From the NCBI GenBank assembly GCA_051530055.1, contig JBMGUZ010000004.1, positions 1 to 64,000 of the forward strand: a DNA stretch of 64,000 bases. Reading direction: 5' to 3'. A program made the translations under genes and the position numbers. The notes under the pieces were generated by a model. It saw nothing but the letters and a program-made list of their open reading frames with translations, was not told the DNA's origin and did not search any database. Positions 34,552-47,841 of this stretch are shown here, in pieces. The stretch is from Neoechinorhynchus agilis. Taxonomy: Eukaryota > Animalia > Acanthocephala. Positions within the stretch are counted from its first letter, which is position 1. Every line of letters begins with the position of its first letter.

Positions 34552-36958
34552 ATATCAAGCCTTCGAACTTCTTGCAATTCCTCGTCTAGACAACGCGAAT
34601 AGCAAGGGGGAGAGGGGATCCACTTGCTTTACTCCTCTTCGGAAATTAATAGGGTCTGGCGTTGGGCATACGGATCTTCGTACTGCTTCCGCAGTAAGAG
34701 CTCATCACTTATCTTTGCAGATAGTGAGGACACCCTATTTTACGAAGCGATTCCTCTATGGCAGCCTGTGAAACAGTGTCAAAGGCACTCTTTATGTCGA
34801 GCACACCCACCGCAAAAGGTTTCCTGTTTGCCCGCTTTTCTTTAACAACACTACGAAGAGTTAGTGGATTAGCCATACATGCCGACGGGTCAAACGCCGT
34901 TTGTCCAGCGTCCAGACAGCATACTCTTCGAAGCCGCTTTAGAATGATGCGATGCAAGACACGCATTAAAATGGAGGAGGTCGTAATCGGTCTCCAACCG
35001 GCCTGAGTTTGCAGCTTCTTCGGTGACGCACTTGATTTGGGCAACAGGATAGTTTTGGACTCATTCCACGATTGTGGCGGGCCTCCGTGTTGCATGACGA
35101 AGTTAAAGAGCAACGTCATACCCAGAAGTAACGGATCGAAGGCTCGGACATGTCGAACCGTTATCTTATCCGGACCCGATGCGCTTGAAGACTTAATGCT
35201 TTTGAGGGCATCTTCGACTTCCACCGATGTGAGGACTGGCCAACGTTCCTCTGGAGACTGCTGTTGATCTGCAACAGTACTCTTTAGCAGATTCGCAGGT
35301 TGGACGTTCCCTTCAAATAGACGACGATAATGGTCAATTGTTTCTTGCGGATTCAGTTCATATTCCCTTCTCTCTGCATTTTTAAACACCTCAGCTGCAA
35401 GCTTCGGGGTGTTGTCAAAATCCAGGGCGCGATTTCGTCTCCTCTTGAGCCCACCGTCTTGGTATCTCGTAATACCGCGACATCTAACACATGGATAAAT
35501 GCCGTATACGTCGATCCACACATTGTAAGCGTGTGTTCCAATCCCGGCACAAAAGATTCGACGCACTTGTCTTTCTAAAGGCGAATTTACCGACAAATCA
35601 CTTGAGTATACTGGAGTGGCAGCGAACAAGGGGATACTACGCTATTCTTTAAAAGACCTCCAAGTTGGACTTCCAGAGACACGTTAGCGTCAGAGACGTT
35701 CTGTGCAACTTGGGCATATTATTCCTTGTTGTTTTGAACCTCCATTGTGACTTTCGTTACTACCTTCTTCCACAATGAAGGATTACCCAGTACGTGGTAA
35801 GCCTGAGTCAGACCTTTCCTGAGCTTAATGATCTTAAGGCCTAATGCTCGCGCTACAGAGACTTGAGGCGCCTCGTTACTCCGATCACATCGCAAGTACT
35901 GAGCATATCGCATAGTCGCCGCATTGACAAATTCACCATTAATGGAACCTTCCGATTGACGGAGGATATCTCGCTCCGTCTCAAGAAAACCTCTGTACCT
36001 TGGATGGAGGTTATTCTTGTTCAGCACGTCAACAACACTTTCATACGCCTCGACCACTGTAAAGACAGTCGACTCGATTGAACAATCTGCCATTGTGGTG
36101 CCCCCTTCACACTGGCGTCTTGACTGTGGCGTATGATTTTCATGCAAGAACTGGCGTTGCGTTTCCATGCCACTTACAAGGGTAGGTGAGCGGACAGAAG
36201 GGCTTTCTTCGTTTAATACCTCTGGAGGTTCGCGTTCCTCCTCGCTGACCAGCTCGTTGACCGATTGCTCTGTAGGCGGATCCATTCTGTCGTTTCTTTC
36301 ACTTTCCTGATTATTGGCCACGAATGAAGCCGCATCCCGTCTACATTTGCAGACATTCATGTGGCTCCGGACAGACACATAATTGTCCGACCTGTATGCC
36401 GAACACGCCGGGCATTGATACAACACTGATGTTGATCCGTGTTCGTGCATAAGGTGGTCCTTCAAGACTTTGGTCCGGTTACTCCCGTGGAATGTGGCGT
36501 AGCATTCTGAGCATTCCACGGGTCCCTCTGGCTCTTTGTTAGCGATGATAAGGCCACCTTTCCCTGCTAAATGGGCCACTTTTACGACTGTCTCTTCATC
36601 AAATAGGGCTGCTGCCTTTGGCGGGTTCTTTTTGGAGCACGTCTTAAAGTGTAGGCCAATTGAACAGATGGACTCCTTCGTCAGTCCACATATACCACAC
36701 ATCCATTCCACAGCCTGCTTGTGGAATGATGTCATGTGCTCGCTAATCAATCTCACTTTCGTCTTTCCGGTAAATATCACTTTCGGCTTGCAATCTGGGC
36801 ATTCAATACATTCCTGGTGGACCCGATGGTACTGCAGGTATACTTTTGCATGCCGTTGTTCATTGGTTAGCGCCATCTAGAATGAGGAGCGCCAAGTCCT
36901 CGGTGGAAGGGGGTGTATCCGATGACTCGTCGTCAATTATTTGGTTTCTTTCAGAAGA

Positions 36959-37011
36959 AGTCATAGTTACGTCCACCGTTTACCCGCGCTTAAATTAGTT
37001 TCTTCACTTTA

Positions 37012-37042
<31 letters not shown>

Positions 37043-37175
37043 CGTCAACACCGATTACAGCTATCGCAATGCTTTGTTTTAATTAAACAGTTGGATTCCC
37101 CTTGTCCATACCAGTTCTAGGCCAGCTGTTTAACGCTGATCGGATCCCCGCGCAAGAAGCGAGCGTCTCCCTCCT
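36959..37175 (-). rRNA. 28S rRNA: 28S fragment upstream of the R2 site
   Basis: Reverse complement AGAACTGGTATGGACAAGGGGAATCCAACTGTTTAATTAAAACAAAGCATTGCGAT..GTAAACGGTGGACGTAACTATGACT. Confidence 0.95.
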
Positions 37176-37179
37176 CCGC

Positions 37180-39680
37180 AAATAGACATCATTCGGTAGG
37201 GTGGGGCGTTTTCTCGTCCCTACACTTCTGCGCAGAATCGGCACTTTGGATTCTTGAGATGCTTCAACTTCTTGATCATCAATTTACTATTCTACTTTTA
37301 CGGCGATTGTTTCTTTGCTTTCTTCATTCTCGTCTGGCCCTGCTTCTTGCCCCGAATGCTTCTCTTCAGCAGTTCTTTCTACTTGGTTTCTCGGCTCGGT
37401 CTTTACGATTGCCTCTTCCCGCTTTCTTATCTTGTTTGCATGTGTTCGACGCGTTCCCATATCGGTGTCCACTTCATAGGATAGTGGACCATTTCGTTCT
37501 GCGATTGTCGCCTCCTGATATTTTCCAGTTTGCATATTTCTCCACCATACGGGAACTCCTATGCCAAAACTTGTTTCCTTCGCGGAAGCTTGATCGTGGT
37601 GCGCCTTGGATTTGTCCGACCTATCTTCGTGCCAACTTTTTTAGACCATGCCTCCAATTATCGAAAATTGTCGGTATTCGTCGACGAATTATAGCTTCTG
37701 AGGGACTTTTACCGGTGGTCGAATGCGGTGTATTGCGGTTGACTTCCAGGAATCACCAGAGATTGGTATTCCTATGGTCCGGTCCTCTTTTCAGTACTCG
37801 GTCCTTTAATGTTTGGACGAATCTTTTTGCCAAACCGTTTGTCTGCCGGTGGTACGGACTTGCCTTGATGTGTGTTATGCATTCGTCCATGCAGAACTTC
37901 CGAAAGGCAGCAGCTATCAATTATGGACCGTTGTCGCTAACAATTTGCTTCGGTGAGCCCCATATAGCGAACATTCCTCTCAATTTCTTAACTAGCGATT
38001 CTGACGTCCATTGCTTTGCTGGAATCACCTCCGGCCACTTGCTGTGAGCGTCCACCAACACCATATATAGCAATCCGTGGACCGGACCGGCGAAGTCGAC
38101 ATGAATTCGTTCCCACGGTTGCTTGGGATAGTCCCACATTAGCAGCGGATGTTCCTCCGTTCTTGGACGAATCATTTGGCAGCTGCCATCCAACTGAGGC
38201 CACCACACATAATACCGGGCATAGCTTTTCATTGCCGCCTCCCCTGGATGCCCGCTGTGCAGGATCGACAAGACTCGCGTTCTAAGGGACTCCGGGATCA
38301 CAATGCGCTGTAGTCACATTAACATTCCATTTTCGCATGAGATTTCATTTCGTCTATTGTAGAACGCCTTATCGTTTGCAGCAACAGTTTCGGGCCAACC
38401 AAACTTCATGTATCGACAAATTCTTTGCAATTGATGATCCCTTCTCGATTCGTTTCTGATCAGGAACGCCGACAATCCAATCTGATCACTTTTCTCTTGC
38501 TGCAAGCAATATAGATTATCGAAAGTTTCTATCGCCCGCTCTCAATGGGTGACCGTGATAGCGCATCGGCGTAGACGTTTTGTTTGTAGGACACGTTTTG
38601 AATTGCATAGTTATAGTTCGTCAACAACAAGGCTCATCTCACCATACGATCGTTCGACATTTTGGAAAGATCCCATTCAGGTCCAAATATATATGTTAAG
38701 GCCTTATGGTAGGTCCATATCTGAAATTCGCGACCATAAAGATTCATGTGAAAACGTTTGACTCCAAACATGATCGACAAAGCTTCCTTATCTGTTGTAC
38801 AATACCGAGATTCCGTCTCGGAGAATACCCTCGACACGAATGAGATGGGTAAGAGTTCGTTTTTCTTATTCAGATTGCATAGAACTGCTCCGAGTCCACT
38901 ATTACTTGCGTCGCAAGCGAGAAAGAGGGCTTTGGCTTGTGAATATGGAACTAGCGTATGTGGTATTGATAGGATCTCTTTGGCTTTACGGATCGCATCT
39001 TCCTCTTTTTCTGTCCACACAAATCGCTTCTATTTCCGTGTTAGATCATATAAAGGCTTACAGATGTCTGATGCCAACCCCTGCCATGATTTAAGATTCT
39101 GTTTTGTAGTTGGTCGTGGAGCATCTCTTATAGCTCGTGTCCGCTCTTCGTATGGTCGGATAGAATTCTCCTTTATAACGAAGCCCAGGTACTCTATCTT
39201 ATCTGTATAAAACGAACATTTTTGTTTAGAAACTGTAAGTCCAACTTCACGAAATCTCTCCAACAATCGCCTCAAGCTTTTTATATGGTCTTCTTCGGTA
39301 TCCGAAACGATTATCAGGTCTATGTATGCATGGATTCCGCCAATGTCCTTGATTGTTGAATCGATGTAACTCTGAAAAATCGCTGGAGCGTTGGAGATGC
39401 CAGATGGTAACCTGATGTATCGGAAATATCCCCACGGCGTCGATATTGTTAATAAGTGTTGATAGGATTGACTTACTGGGATTTGCAGGTAAGCGTTTGT
39501 TAGGTCTAGCTTAGAAAATATCTTACCGTTCGAAATATTATTCAGCATATCTTCGATACTGGGCATCTGATACGATTCTGTGCTCAAGTATCGATTGATA
39601 GTAACCTTAAAATCTGCGCAAATTCGCAGTTTCCCGGCAGGCTTCCTTACGATCACCATCGAGGTAGAAAATAAATACCA
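37180..39680 (-). mobile_element. Third Mag-like Gypsy pol remnant (RT, RNase H, integrase, PPT)
   Basis: RICADFKVTIN, ACDASNSGLG, HSGHPG, HVDFAGP, VSDNGP; GGAGGAGGGAGA PPT abuts the 28S fragment. Confidence 0.9.
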
Positions 39681-40165
39681 AGTATACGAACAGAGGAGAG
39701 ACGATTGATAGGAAAAAAAGAAGCGGCTGATCGGAAGAGCTATTTGAGATTGAGGGGCGATTTCAAAACACTTTGTTAAGTTAAGGGTAAGACATTTAGA
39801 GGGGCAAAATGCTTGAACGTGAGAAATCTCGTTAGAAGTAATTGAGAGTGAGAGGGGAGCCGGTGCATGCGTAATAATTGTAAGATCATCAGCATACAAG
39901 AAGTGTTTAGGATAAGAAGAGGGTGGAATAAGATAGTTCAGGAAAACATTGAAAAGAATGGGGGGGGGAAACAGCTCTTCGGGAACTCCCTTGCTGATTG
40001 CTAGGGTGTTCGAGGTGATGCTCCCTACTTCGATAAATTGTAATCTATTGTTTAGAAAAGAATTTCAAGCATTTGATTTGCCAGGCGCCACGACCAAATT
40101 TAAAGCATGTGTCAAGGAGAAGATTGATCGCCGGAATCAGAAGTTTTATGAATGTCGATTTGCGT
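39680..40165 (-). mobile_element. CR1/L2-like LINE RT fragment
   Basis: YADDLTIITHAP; near duplicate of 28450-28815. Confidence 0.8.
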
Positions 40166-40199
40166 CGAGGTTATGAAGAAGATAATCGTAGACGCAAAG

Positions 40200-42320
40200 A
40201 GGGGTGAAAGGTTAACATTTAAAATGTGCCTAATTGTGGACATAAAATCATCAAAGAAAAGCTTAAGATCTTTATAAAGCCGATTGGAAAGTGCAATAAA
40301 ATAAACTGTGTCTTGGATAGACTTAGGGATAAGCTGATTTTATGTAAAGATAAAATCAGATAATCAACACATTGTTTTATTAGGAGGTTCATCTTAGCCA
40401 CCCTGTGGGTTTTAATTACAAAAGTTATGTGGAATTATTGTTCACTTCTACATCCGGAAAATGATTATTTATTAACGACCTTTCGAACCTCGTCGGCTTC
40501 ATCATCCGTTTGTTTGTTAGTTAACATGTAAAGTTTTGTGTTAGGTATTTGGAAAGCAGTAGAAATAAAATAGGCGAAAGCGGCGAACACTGCGGTACTC
40601 CAGTCAGAGGATATAATAACGTTTTTGAGGTGGCATGGTCGTAATAGAAAGATTTCGTGAATAATATATTATAGATTCTAGAGATAACATTGCAAGGAAT
40701 GCAAAAAATTCTAGAATTTCCCTAATAAAATGAAGAGATATTTTGCCAAATTCTAGAGACTCCCACGGTTAAAATAGCCCGGATGGGTATGCTTGAGTTA
40801 CTAAAACTGGAACAAAAATAGGTTAGTACTAAGTAACGAAGGTTATTGGAATAATTAACAGATTTTTTACCGTTTTTACCCCGAAAAAATCCGTGTCGAT
40901 ATATTGTATCCCCTCCAAGCATAGGGAGAGCAATTGAGCACCAGTTTTGCAAAAAGTAAATAGAATCCTGCGACAGAAGATTAAAAATTTGGTGCCAGTG
41001 ATGCTATTAGAAGAGGATAATTTTTGATTCATCGGTTATACTTTTAGCATGTCATTAAGAATCAGGTCAGAACGGATTGCTATTAAGCTGCGAAAAACTA
41101 TAGATGGCATATTGCAATTAGCACAACTTAGTGAGTGAAATTCAAATACTGTACCAAGAATATTATCTAACGTGACGGATTTTTGACAGTTTGAAAGTTT
41201 CGGCTTCCAGTTGGTGAAATTTATCTTAGATAAAACGTTTCACCACCCAGGGGAAAAGTTCACGGTTTCTAAAAAAGCACTTTCATGTCGTTGTTGCTAC
41301 CTGCATCTAGCAGTCCAGTGGCGTTTCTAAGGAACTTTATGGAGAAGAACGTCGTTACCCTGTTTAGCTAAGTATAGTTATCACCTCAGAATACAAAAGG
41401 ATCTGCTTTCACACGATCTAAAGAAGGCCTGTTCTGGTTTATAGAGATAGATGCTAGCAGTCAACATACCTAAGATTAACCTGATAAAATTGATGAGATA
41501 AAAGGTTATTGATTACAAAACGAAGGAGCGCGTTCCGTGTGAGCTTATAAGCAATGAGTCATTGGGTAGGCAGGACCATAGTGCAACGTCGTGTCTAGCA
41601 AAGTAAAACAAAAATACTTGACCTTTCACTCGAAGTAAGAAATTAATATTCCTCTAATATACGAAGAGATCTAAGAATGAATGAGTGTTGTTTCTGACCA
41701 AATAAAAAGAGGGATTCAGTGGTATCGTAAAGTCGAGATTTCTTACTGCGTTAACTATTGGTTTAATCGATTTAATTAAGGGATCATTAAAATCTCCAAC
41801 TATAACATCGATGTTAGATTTGAGAAGCCACTTAAGCCTATTTTTAGTGGAGGGACGAAGCGTAAAATCGGGTCTTATGTATAAGTTCACAATGGTAAAT
41901 TGCTGCTTATTGAATAAAAAAAATTAAAGAGGGAGTTGGGCAATTCATTCGAAAGGAATGAAGAGATAACATTTGCATTGAGCGATAACTCAAAAATTGA
42001 AATGAGACCTGCCTGCCTTCTAGTCTATTACTCGGCTAAAGTCCGTTGGTGAGGAATTGAGCTCTTTGTTAAGTTGTGGAGACTGAAGATCTAATTGGGC
42101 AGCTTGGAATTTAGGAAGTCGCGAGAAAGGAACAGCCATTTTTGGATTGTTAAGTAGAACTTCATTGTTCCACCTAAATGATTCGACGATTTGATGCTTT
42201 TTACGCGGTGGTTTTTGAATGAACGAACCCACGGGGTAACGCTTTAATATAACATTGATTGTTTAGGCATGACCGGATTGAACTGGATAATTAATATGTG
42301 TGATAATCTTTTAATGAAAT
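40200..42320 (-). mobile_element. Highly degenerate APE-type LINE
   Basis: IVGDFND..SFLDL in ORF 41654-41890; the rest is only weakly recognisable. Confidence 0.45.
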
Positions 42321-42324
42321 AGGA

Positions 42325-43640
42325 AAAAATAGGCCTTTTGATTTACGTTTGAAAATGTCTATTGGATAGAAGGTCCTTCGAGTTGTACATCCTTTTCAAG
42401 GAGCTGATTTCTGTATTCGAATTAAGGAGAGCGAGCAATTGCATTCTTACTCCGTGATTAAGTGAACCCTTTTAAGATAGGATGTCCGTTTGTCATTCTC
42501 CGCTGCATAGTTAGCTTGCTATTTTTTAAAACTAAGTCCTTCACCAAATCGTTCCATCTGGTTGAAAACATATTTTATATGCTGCCAGCTTTACAAATCG
42601 GTTATAAATTTTCATTCGGGGAAACTTAAAACTGCACTTTAATTCAGCAATGAACATCTTTCATGGAATACCTAAAAAAAGAATAAAATCCATGATAATT
42701 TAAAGACTTCGAGCAAGCAGACTACATTACTAATTGTCACAAATTATTTCGATTAAAAAATGAAGATTAAAATTTAAACGTGCGCCAAATAATTTCACGG
42801 ACTATATTTCTTTCAATCAGCTAATGTTCAGAACTTTTTAACTTTCAGTGATGTAGTTAATTTCACGAAACGTCGACAACAAATCTAGTCATCAATTCTT
42901 AGCGGGTTCCGAGAGCTTCGACTGACGTCATTTATAAGCACTCATTCACGTCGTAGCTCATATGCTATGCCTAGCCCTTACTGGGATCTCTTCTCCGAGA
43001 TTAAGTGAACCTTTTTAAGATAAGGTGGCCGCTTGTCATTCTCCACGGCAAAGATAGGTTGCAAATTTTTGGATGCTGCATCCTTTTTTAAAACGTAGTG
43101 GTTTTTAACGTATCTAATTACGGCACCAACCGATTCATCTGATTGAATTTTTTTATTCTACCAGCTTTAAAAATCGATTGTAAATTTTCATTTGAAAAAA
43201 CATTAAAAAGCACTTAAGAAGACGATTAAAGTAGCAGTTGATTTAAAAAGACTTTCGAAAAGCACATTACATGGTTACTCTTCATAAATTATTTTTCGAT
43301 TAAAGAACAGTGATAAAAATTTAAACGCGCGCCAAATGATTACGCAAACAATAATTCTTTCGTTTTTTTTCACATTATAAATTGCTGCCTGTTTCCTATA
43401 GCTGCCTCCATGTTCCTGTGTCGTTCTTTTTTGTTCGCCTATGAAATGAGCGATTTTGGAGCTATGGGCTTATGAAGGCATCTTTGAGCGTCTGTGAACG
43501 TAAGTAATTTGTTGGAAACGTATTTTTCCCTATCAATGGAGCCTTCTGATCGATGGAGGATATCGCTCTCCGTCTCCAGAAAGCATCTGTACCTTGAATG
43601 GAAGTTATTTTCGCTTTATTCATCTACCACACTAAAGCAT
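42325..43640 (-). repeat. Two repeat X/Y variants, one with an R2-derived head at ~43540-43640
   Basis: Matches 28815-29310, 21880-22060 and 58430-59250. Confidence 0.78.
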
Positions 43641-43718
43641 TACTTGGCGAGATTAGACTCAGCTCACACTCATCGAAAGCTCCTTCCCCTAAGTTCCTTG
43701 TAAGTTTAAGAATCTTCT

Positions 43719-45074
43719 TTAGTCTGCACCTCCATTGCTCGTCTTTACGTCTGAGATTAGCGGGGCGATGTCGCATGAGGCTTCGAGCTTAACCATTAAG
43801 GATGGAATTGCATAGTCGTTTAGAAGGTTAACGTCTTTTAATAGGGTCGTGTCACTGCTTTGATTTGAGGTCTCGAGAACTTTCGCAGGGATAAGTACCT
43901 GACTCATTAATCCAAATGATGAATTTGTGGCTGTGCGAGATCGAATTCGAAGAGGAACACCGTCGCTTGGAGTTTGCCCGACAAAATCGCATTGATAGGC
44001 AGTCGCTGCGGCCCTCAAGATGAAGTGAACTGATAGTTCGTTGTAATTTTTAGTAGCATCCAGTGTCTCATTTACTGTTAGATTAGCATCAAGAATCATT
44101 TTTACTATATGAAGTGAAACAGGGTCCAAGCTGCGGTCTTTTACTCTCCTCCTTTGTCTAGGTTTCTCGAGGACGAGAAAGGCGGCGGTCACCAGTACCA
44201 TTGTTGAATTTTTCTTTAGCTTTATAATTTTGAGGCCGAGACTTGGAGCCTTGACAAAATCTGTGGCTGTGCGAAACGCATTTTGCTGGATTGAAGGACA
44301 ATCCGATGCTTCGCAATTCTGTAACCGCAACATCGAGCTTATTCTGAAGTCCGGCCTTATCCTTACTGACCAACGAAATATCATCTTCGCCATAACTGCT
44401 GCCTTTTCCAATGAGGTCTCATAGTAGACCGCCACATCTACTATATAAACTCGATCATTTATGTTTGTCCTCACAATAAGGTCGGACTTGTGTAAGTTGC
44501 CGCCGTCGTCCATAATGTGATTTTTTCTATCGACGGTGTAACTGATGCCTCGGATTGAATCTCTTTTGGCGGATTTCGCTTCTTCTGCATTTAGTGCGCC
44601 TATAAAGACTTTCTCGACGTCGTCGTGTCTTTTAATCATTTCTTCCGTCGAGAAGTCACACTGATTAATTACGTGCAAGCACGTTTCTGTTTGATGGGCG
44701 TAATGGCGACAGGCTTTTGTCCTATTGTTTGAGATCCTTGCCATAACGGCACCAACCTCTAGAAGTTCAGCTCGCATTTTTATCAATTCCGTGTATTGCC
44801 TGTGATGGCCCTGTCTGTATCTGAATGATAACATTTTTGGGTCTGCGAATCCGTTGGTAAAAGCCTGATATCCGTTTGCCTGTGTTTTTGCCTCCGCCCA
44901 TTTTTTTTCGTACTCTGCGTTAACGCCGCTTTTGCCTAGATCTCTCATAAACGATGCAAGCCATTTACTTTCTCCTTCGAGAATGCCAATAAAACTGAAG
45001 CTATTGAAATCGTTAAAATTGACTGAATTTACATTACTATTTATAAAGAAACAATGATGGTAGTGGTATTTCAC
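43719..45074 (-). pseudogene. Scrambled R2 chimera ORF (RLE > OTU-like > RT thumb)
   Basis: KRHDD..KSDL..VDVAVYYE, then LGLKIIKLKKNST..AYQCDF, then NLLNDYAIP. Confidence 0.8.
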
Positions 45075-45123
45075 CGGAGCGGCCTCCCACCTATTCTACG
45101 CCCATCATGTTTCTTCACAGACT

Positions 45124-45161
<38 letters not shown>

Positions 45162-45246
45162 GTTACTCTCCAAGCCCGAACCCTTGGCTGTAGTTTCGCT
45201 AGGCTACAGACAGGGACAGTAGGAATCTCATTAATTCATTCATGCA

Positions 45247-45278
<32 letters not shown>
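45045..45278 (-). rRNA. 28S rRNA: 28S fragment downstream of the R2 site
   Basis: Reverse complement TAGCCAAATGCC..CAGCGGGGAAAGAAGACCCTGTTGAGCTTGACTCTAG..GGTGAAATACCACTAC. Confidence 0.95.
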
Positions 45279-46795
45279 AAGACGCACTTTATTTGGATTT
45301 ATCTCTCTCTCTCTCGCGAGTTTAGTACTCTTGATCCTTTTCTTAAGATTTTTTTGAAGTTGCTTCTTCCTCTTTTTTTAAGTTGTATTTAATACTTGTG
45401 ATTTTAAAGATGATTCGTCCTTGGGCTTCTGCTCATGAAAACGTGGAACGTCTTAAGGCTTTTTTCCCCTGCCGTGGAAGCCATGTTTAGTGCGGTCCCT
45501 GTAGATAGACCAATGGTGTTGAGCCGTTTTGTTATTCCTTTTGAATATGTGCCTCTTGAGCCGACGGCGTGGCCCATTGTCGATACGCGGTGAGGAGCAA
45601 ATCCCAGCTTTATGGCTACCTCTTCTTTAATAGCCTTATATTTGTCCTCTTTCGCATTCATTATTTCCTCTGCCCGTTCATTTGTAGTTTCATAGTAGAC
45701 GGCAAAGTCCGTTATGATTGCTTTTTGCGCGTTTCTATCGACCAATATGGCATCCGGTTTGTACAGCTGCCCTCCAGGATCGTGGATACGATTCTCGGTT
45801 AGTACTTCATACCGAGAACCCCATCTCTTGTTTAGAGCCCATATGAATCGATTTTGTATGTTATCACGGCGCTCTATCATCATGCCCGTACTGTATGGGC
45901 AGCTGTTTAGCACATGCATTTGTGTTTCAGCTTCGGCTGAACAATGTCGACATTTCCTCGTCCTGTCGTGGTCGATTGTTGCCAAATTCGCGCCTACTTC
46001 GAGCAATTGGAATCGCATCTTTACCAATTCCGTGTAATGTTTGTGGATGTCTTGTCTATATCGGAATGATAAAGATTTTCGTTCGAAGTTTCCATTTGTG
46101 AACGATTCAATTCCTTGCGATTGCGTCTTCGCTTTCGTGCACTTACTGATGGTGCTCGAAATGTGCAGTGCCTTAGCGCGCGCGGTATCAGTAATTTCTT
46201 CAGTCGAGCCAAGTCCTTCGAAATATTTTTGGACAGTTTTTTTTATATTCAGATAAAATTTTGAGTTCGGAGCAACGTTTCTTTGCATTTATGTATATTT
46301 TTAGTCGCATATCCATGACTGATTGTTTAATAGATTTGTATCCTAGACCACCTTTGTTCAGGGGCAGGAATATTGCACCATCGTTTAGAAAGTGAGGTAA
46401 AAATAAAAGTTTCTTCAGCTTGGTCCGCCAGAATTGTTCGACTGTATCAATGTTTGATACGGAAATGTCATGAGCTGCCTGAAGTTTTGCTATAATTTGG
46501 GGCAGTCCGTAGTCGCTAATTAGATGCGCTGCTTGTGTTGGTCTTAGGCCTGCTTCCTTAGTTTATAAGAATAAATGAGTAATATCATTCTTGATGGAGT
46601 CAATTGTTGTAGGCATCCAAGGAGTGCCTCCGAGATACTGCACTGGATCGCCGTTTAATATTGTGTTTAGCTTCATTCCATCGAATTCGAATTGAGGGTC
46701 GTGTGCAATTATTTTGTTGCCGTTAATGTACGATTGGGAATAAGTCCTACATTTGTGTGGCGAAAAATGTAAATCCTTTTCCTTTAGAAGAGATG
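45279..46795 (-). mobile_element. 5'-truncated R2 (RT end, CCHC, RLE, 3' UTR)
   Basis: QYLGG, RPTQAAHLISDYG, ORF 45404-46288 with CRHC, KPDA, TDFAVYYE; 3' junction at TAGCC. Confidence 0.92.
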
Positions 46796-46796
46796 A

Positions 46797-46829
46797 GCCC
46801 AACAGGGTCTTCTTTCCCCGCTGTTACTC

Positions 46830-46863
<34 letters not shown>

Positions 46864-46922
46864 GCTGCAGACAGGGACAGTAGGAATCTCAATAATCCAT
46901 TCATGCACGTCACTATCGGCTA
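46797..46922 (-). rRNA. 28S rRNA: 28S fragment with a small deletion after TAGCC
   Basis: Reverse complement TAGCC-gat-AGTGACGTGCATGAATGG..GAAACCACAGCCAAGGGAACGGGCTTGG. Confidence 0.92.
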
Positions 46923-47815
46923 GGGACTCATTTATTATGTAAATATGTGTATACAAGGTTTACTATTAAATAGGTGTTTGTCAGATGGATTGATTGAATT
47001 AGATTTCTTTGATTGCAGAAATGTTCTGATTGAATAAACTTGAATATTATTGGCTGTGTTGAATAGTTTGGCCGTTAATATGTGATTGGTATCTGCTTCT
47101 TGGCTTAGCTACATTATTCTCTCGAGTTGCAACGATCCCAGGGCAGCCACTTTCTACCCATGAACGAGCGATACACCGTGAGGCTTTTTGAGGCTGATGT
47201 TTGGGCCACATTCTTCGCTGTGTTTTTCCCAAGACAAAACGAGCCTAGCCTGTCAATTAGCCTTCGGCTGTAGGTTCCGCGTGCACCGACCGCGATTCCG
47301 ACAGTTGCTACTCTGTGATTCCGGATTTGAAATTGTGCAGCAACCTCCGGGATTATTGTCTGGTACTTTTCTTCTTTGGCCTTCATTACCTGCTCTGCGC
47401 GATCGCTTGAGGTTTCGTAGTAAGTCGCAAAGTCGATAATTTTTGCTTCTGCTTTTCTTTCATCGTAGATCACCAGGTCCGGCTTCATTAGTTTGTTGTC
47501 GTTACTGCGATATCGGTTTGTATCGAAAATTTTAATGCGCTCGCCGTGCTTCTTTCTTAGGGCCCATACGAAACGCCTTTGAATCGCGTCGTGTCTTTTA
47601 ATCATTGGCCCGTTATTCTGTCGCACTCGCAGATAGCGTGCAAGAGCGTTTCCCGAGGACAGCTGCAATGTCGGCAGGCCGCGGTTCTTTTATTGTCCAT
47701 TCGGTTTAGTACGGTTGCCACCTCGAGTAATTGAAAGCGAAGTTTGACGTTCTCGACGTACGATTGATGGCGGTCTTGCCGATATCGAAAACTTATTAGT
47801 TCTTGATCGAAATTT
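46923..47815 (-). mobile_element. 5'-truncated R2 3' end (CCHC, RLE, 3' UTR)
   Basis: KRHDAIQRR, KPDLVIYD, IDFATYYE, VGARGTYS. Confidence 0.9.
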
Positions 47816-47841
47816 CCGTCGTGAAAACATGTACTCCCCGT

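Larger units (their letters stand above)
29702..36958 (-). mobile_element. R2 copy 2 at the 28S site, interrupted by a Gypsy element and internally deleted
   Basis: Both 28S junctions present; ORFs 35719-36876 (4 ZF), 34709-35629 (RT), YADD at ~30150, RLE end at 29749-30050. Confidence 0.92.
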
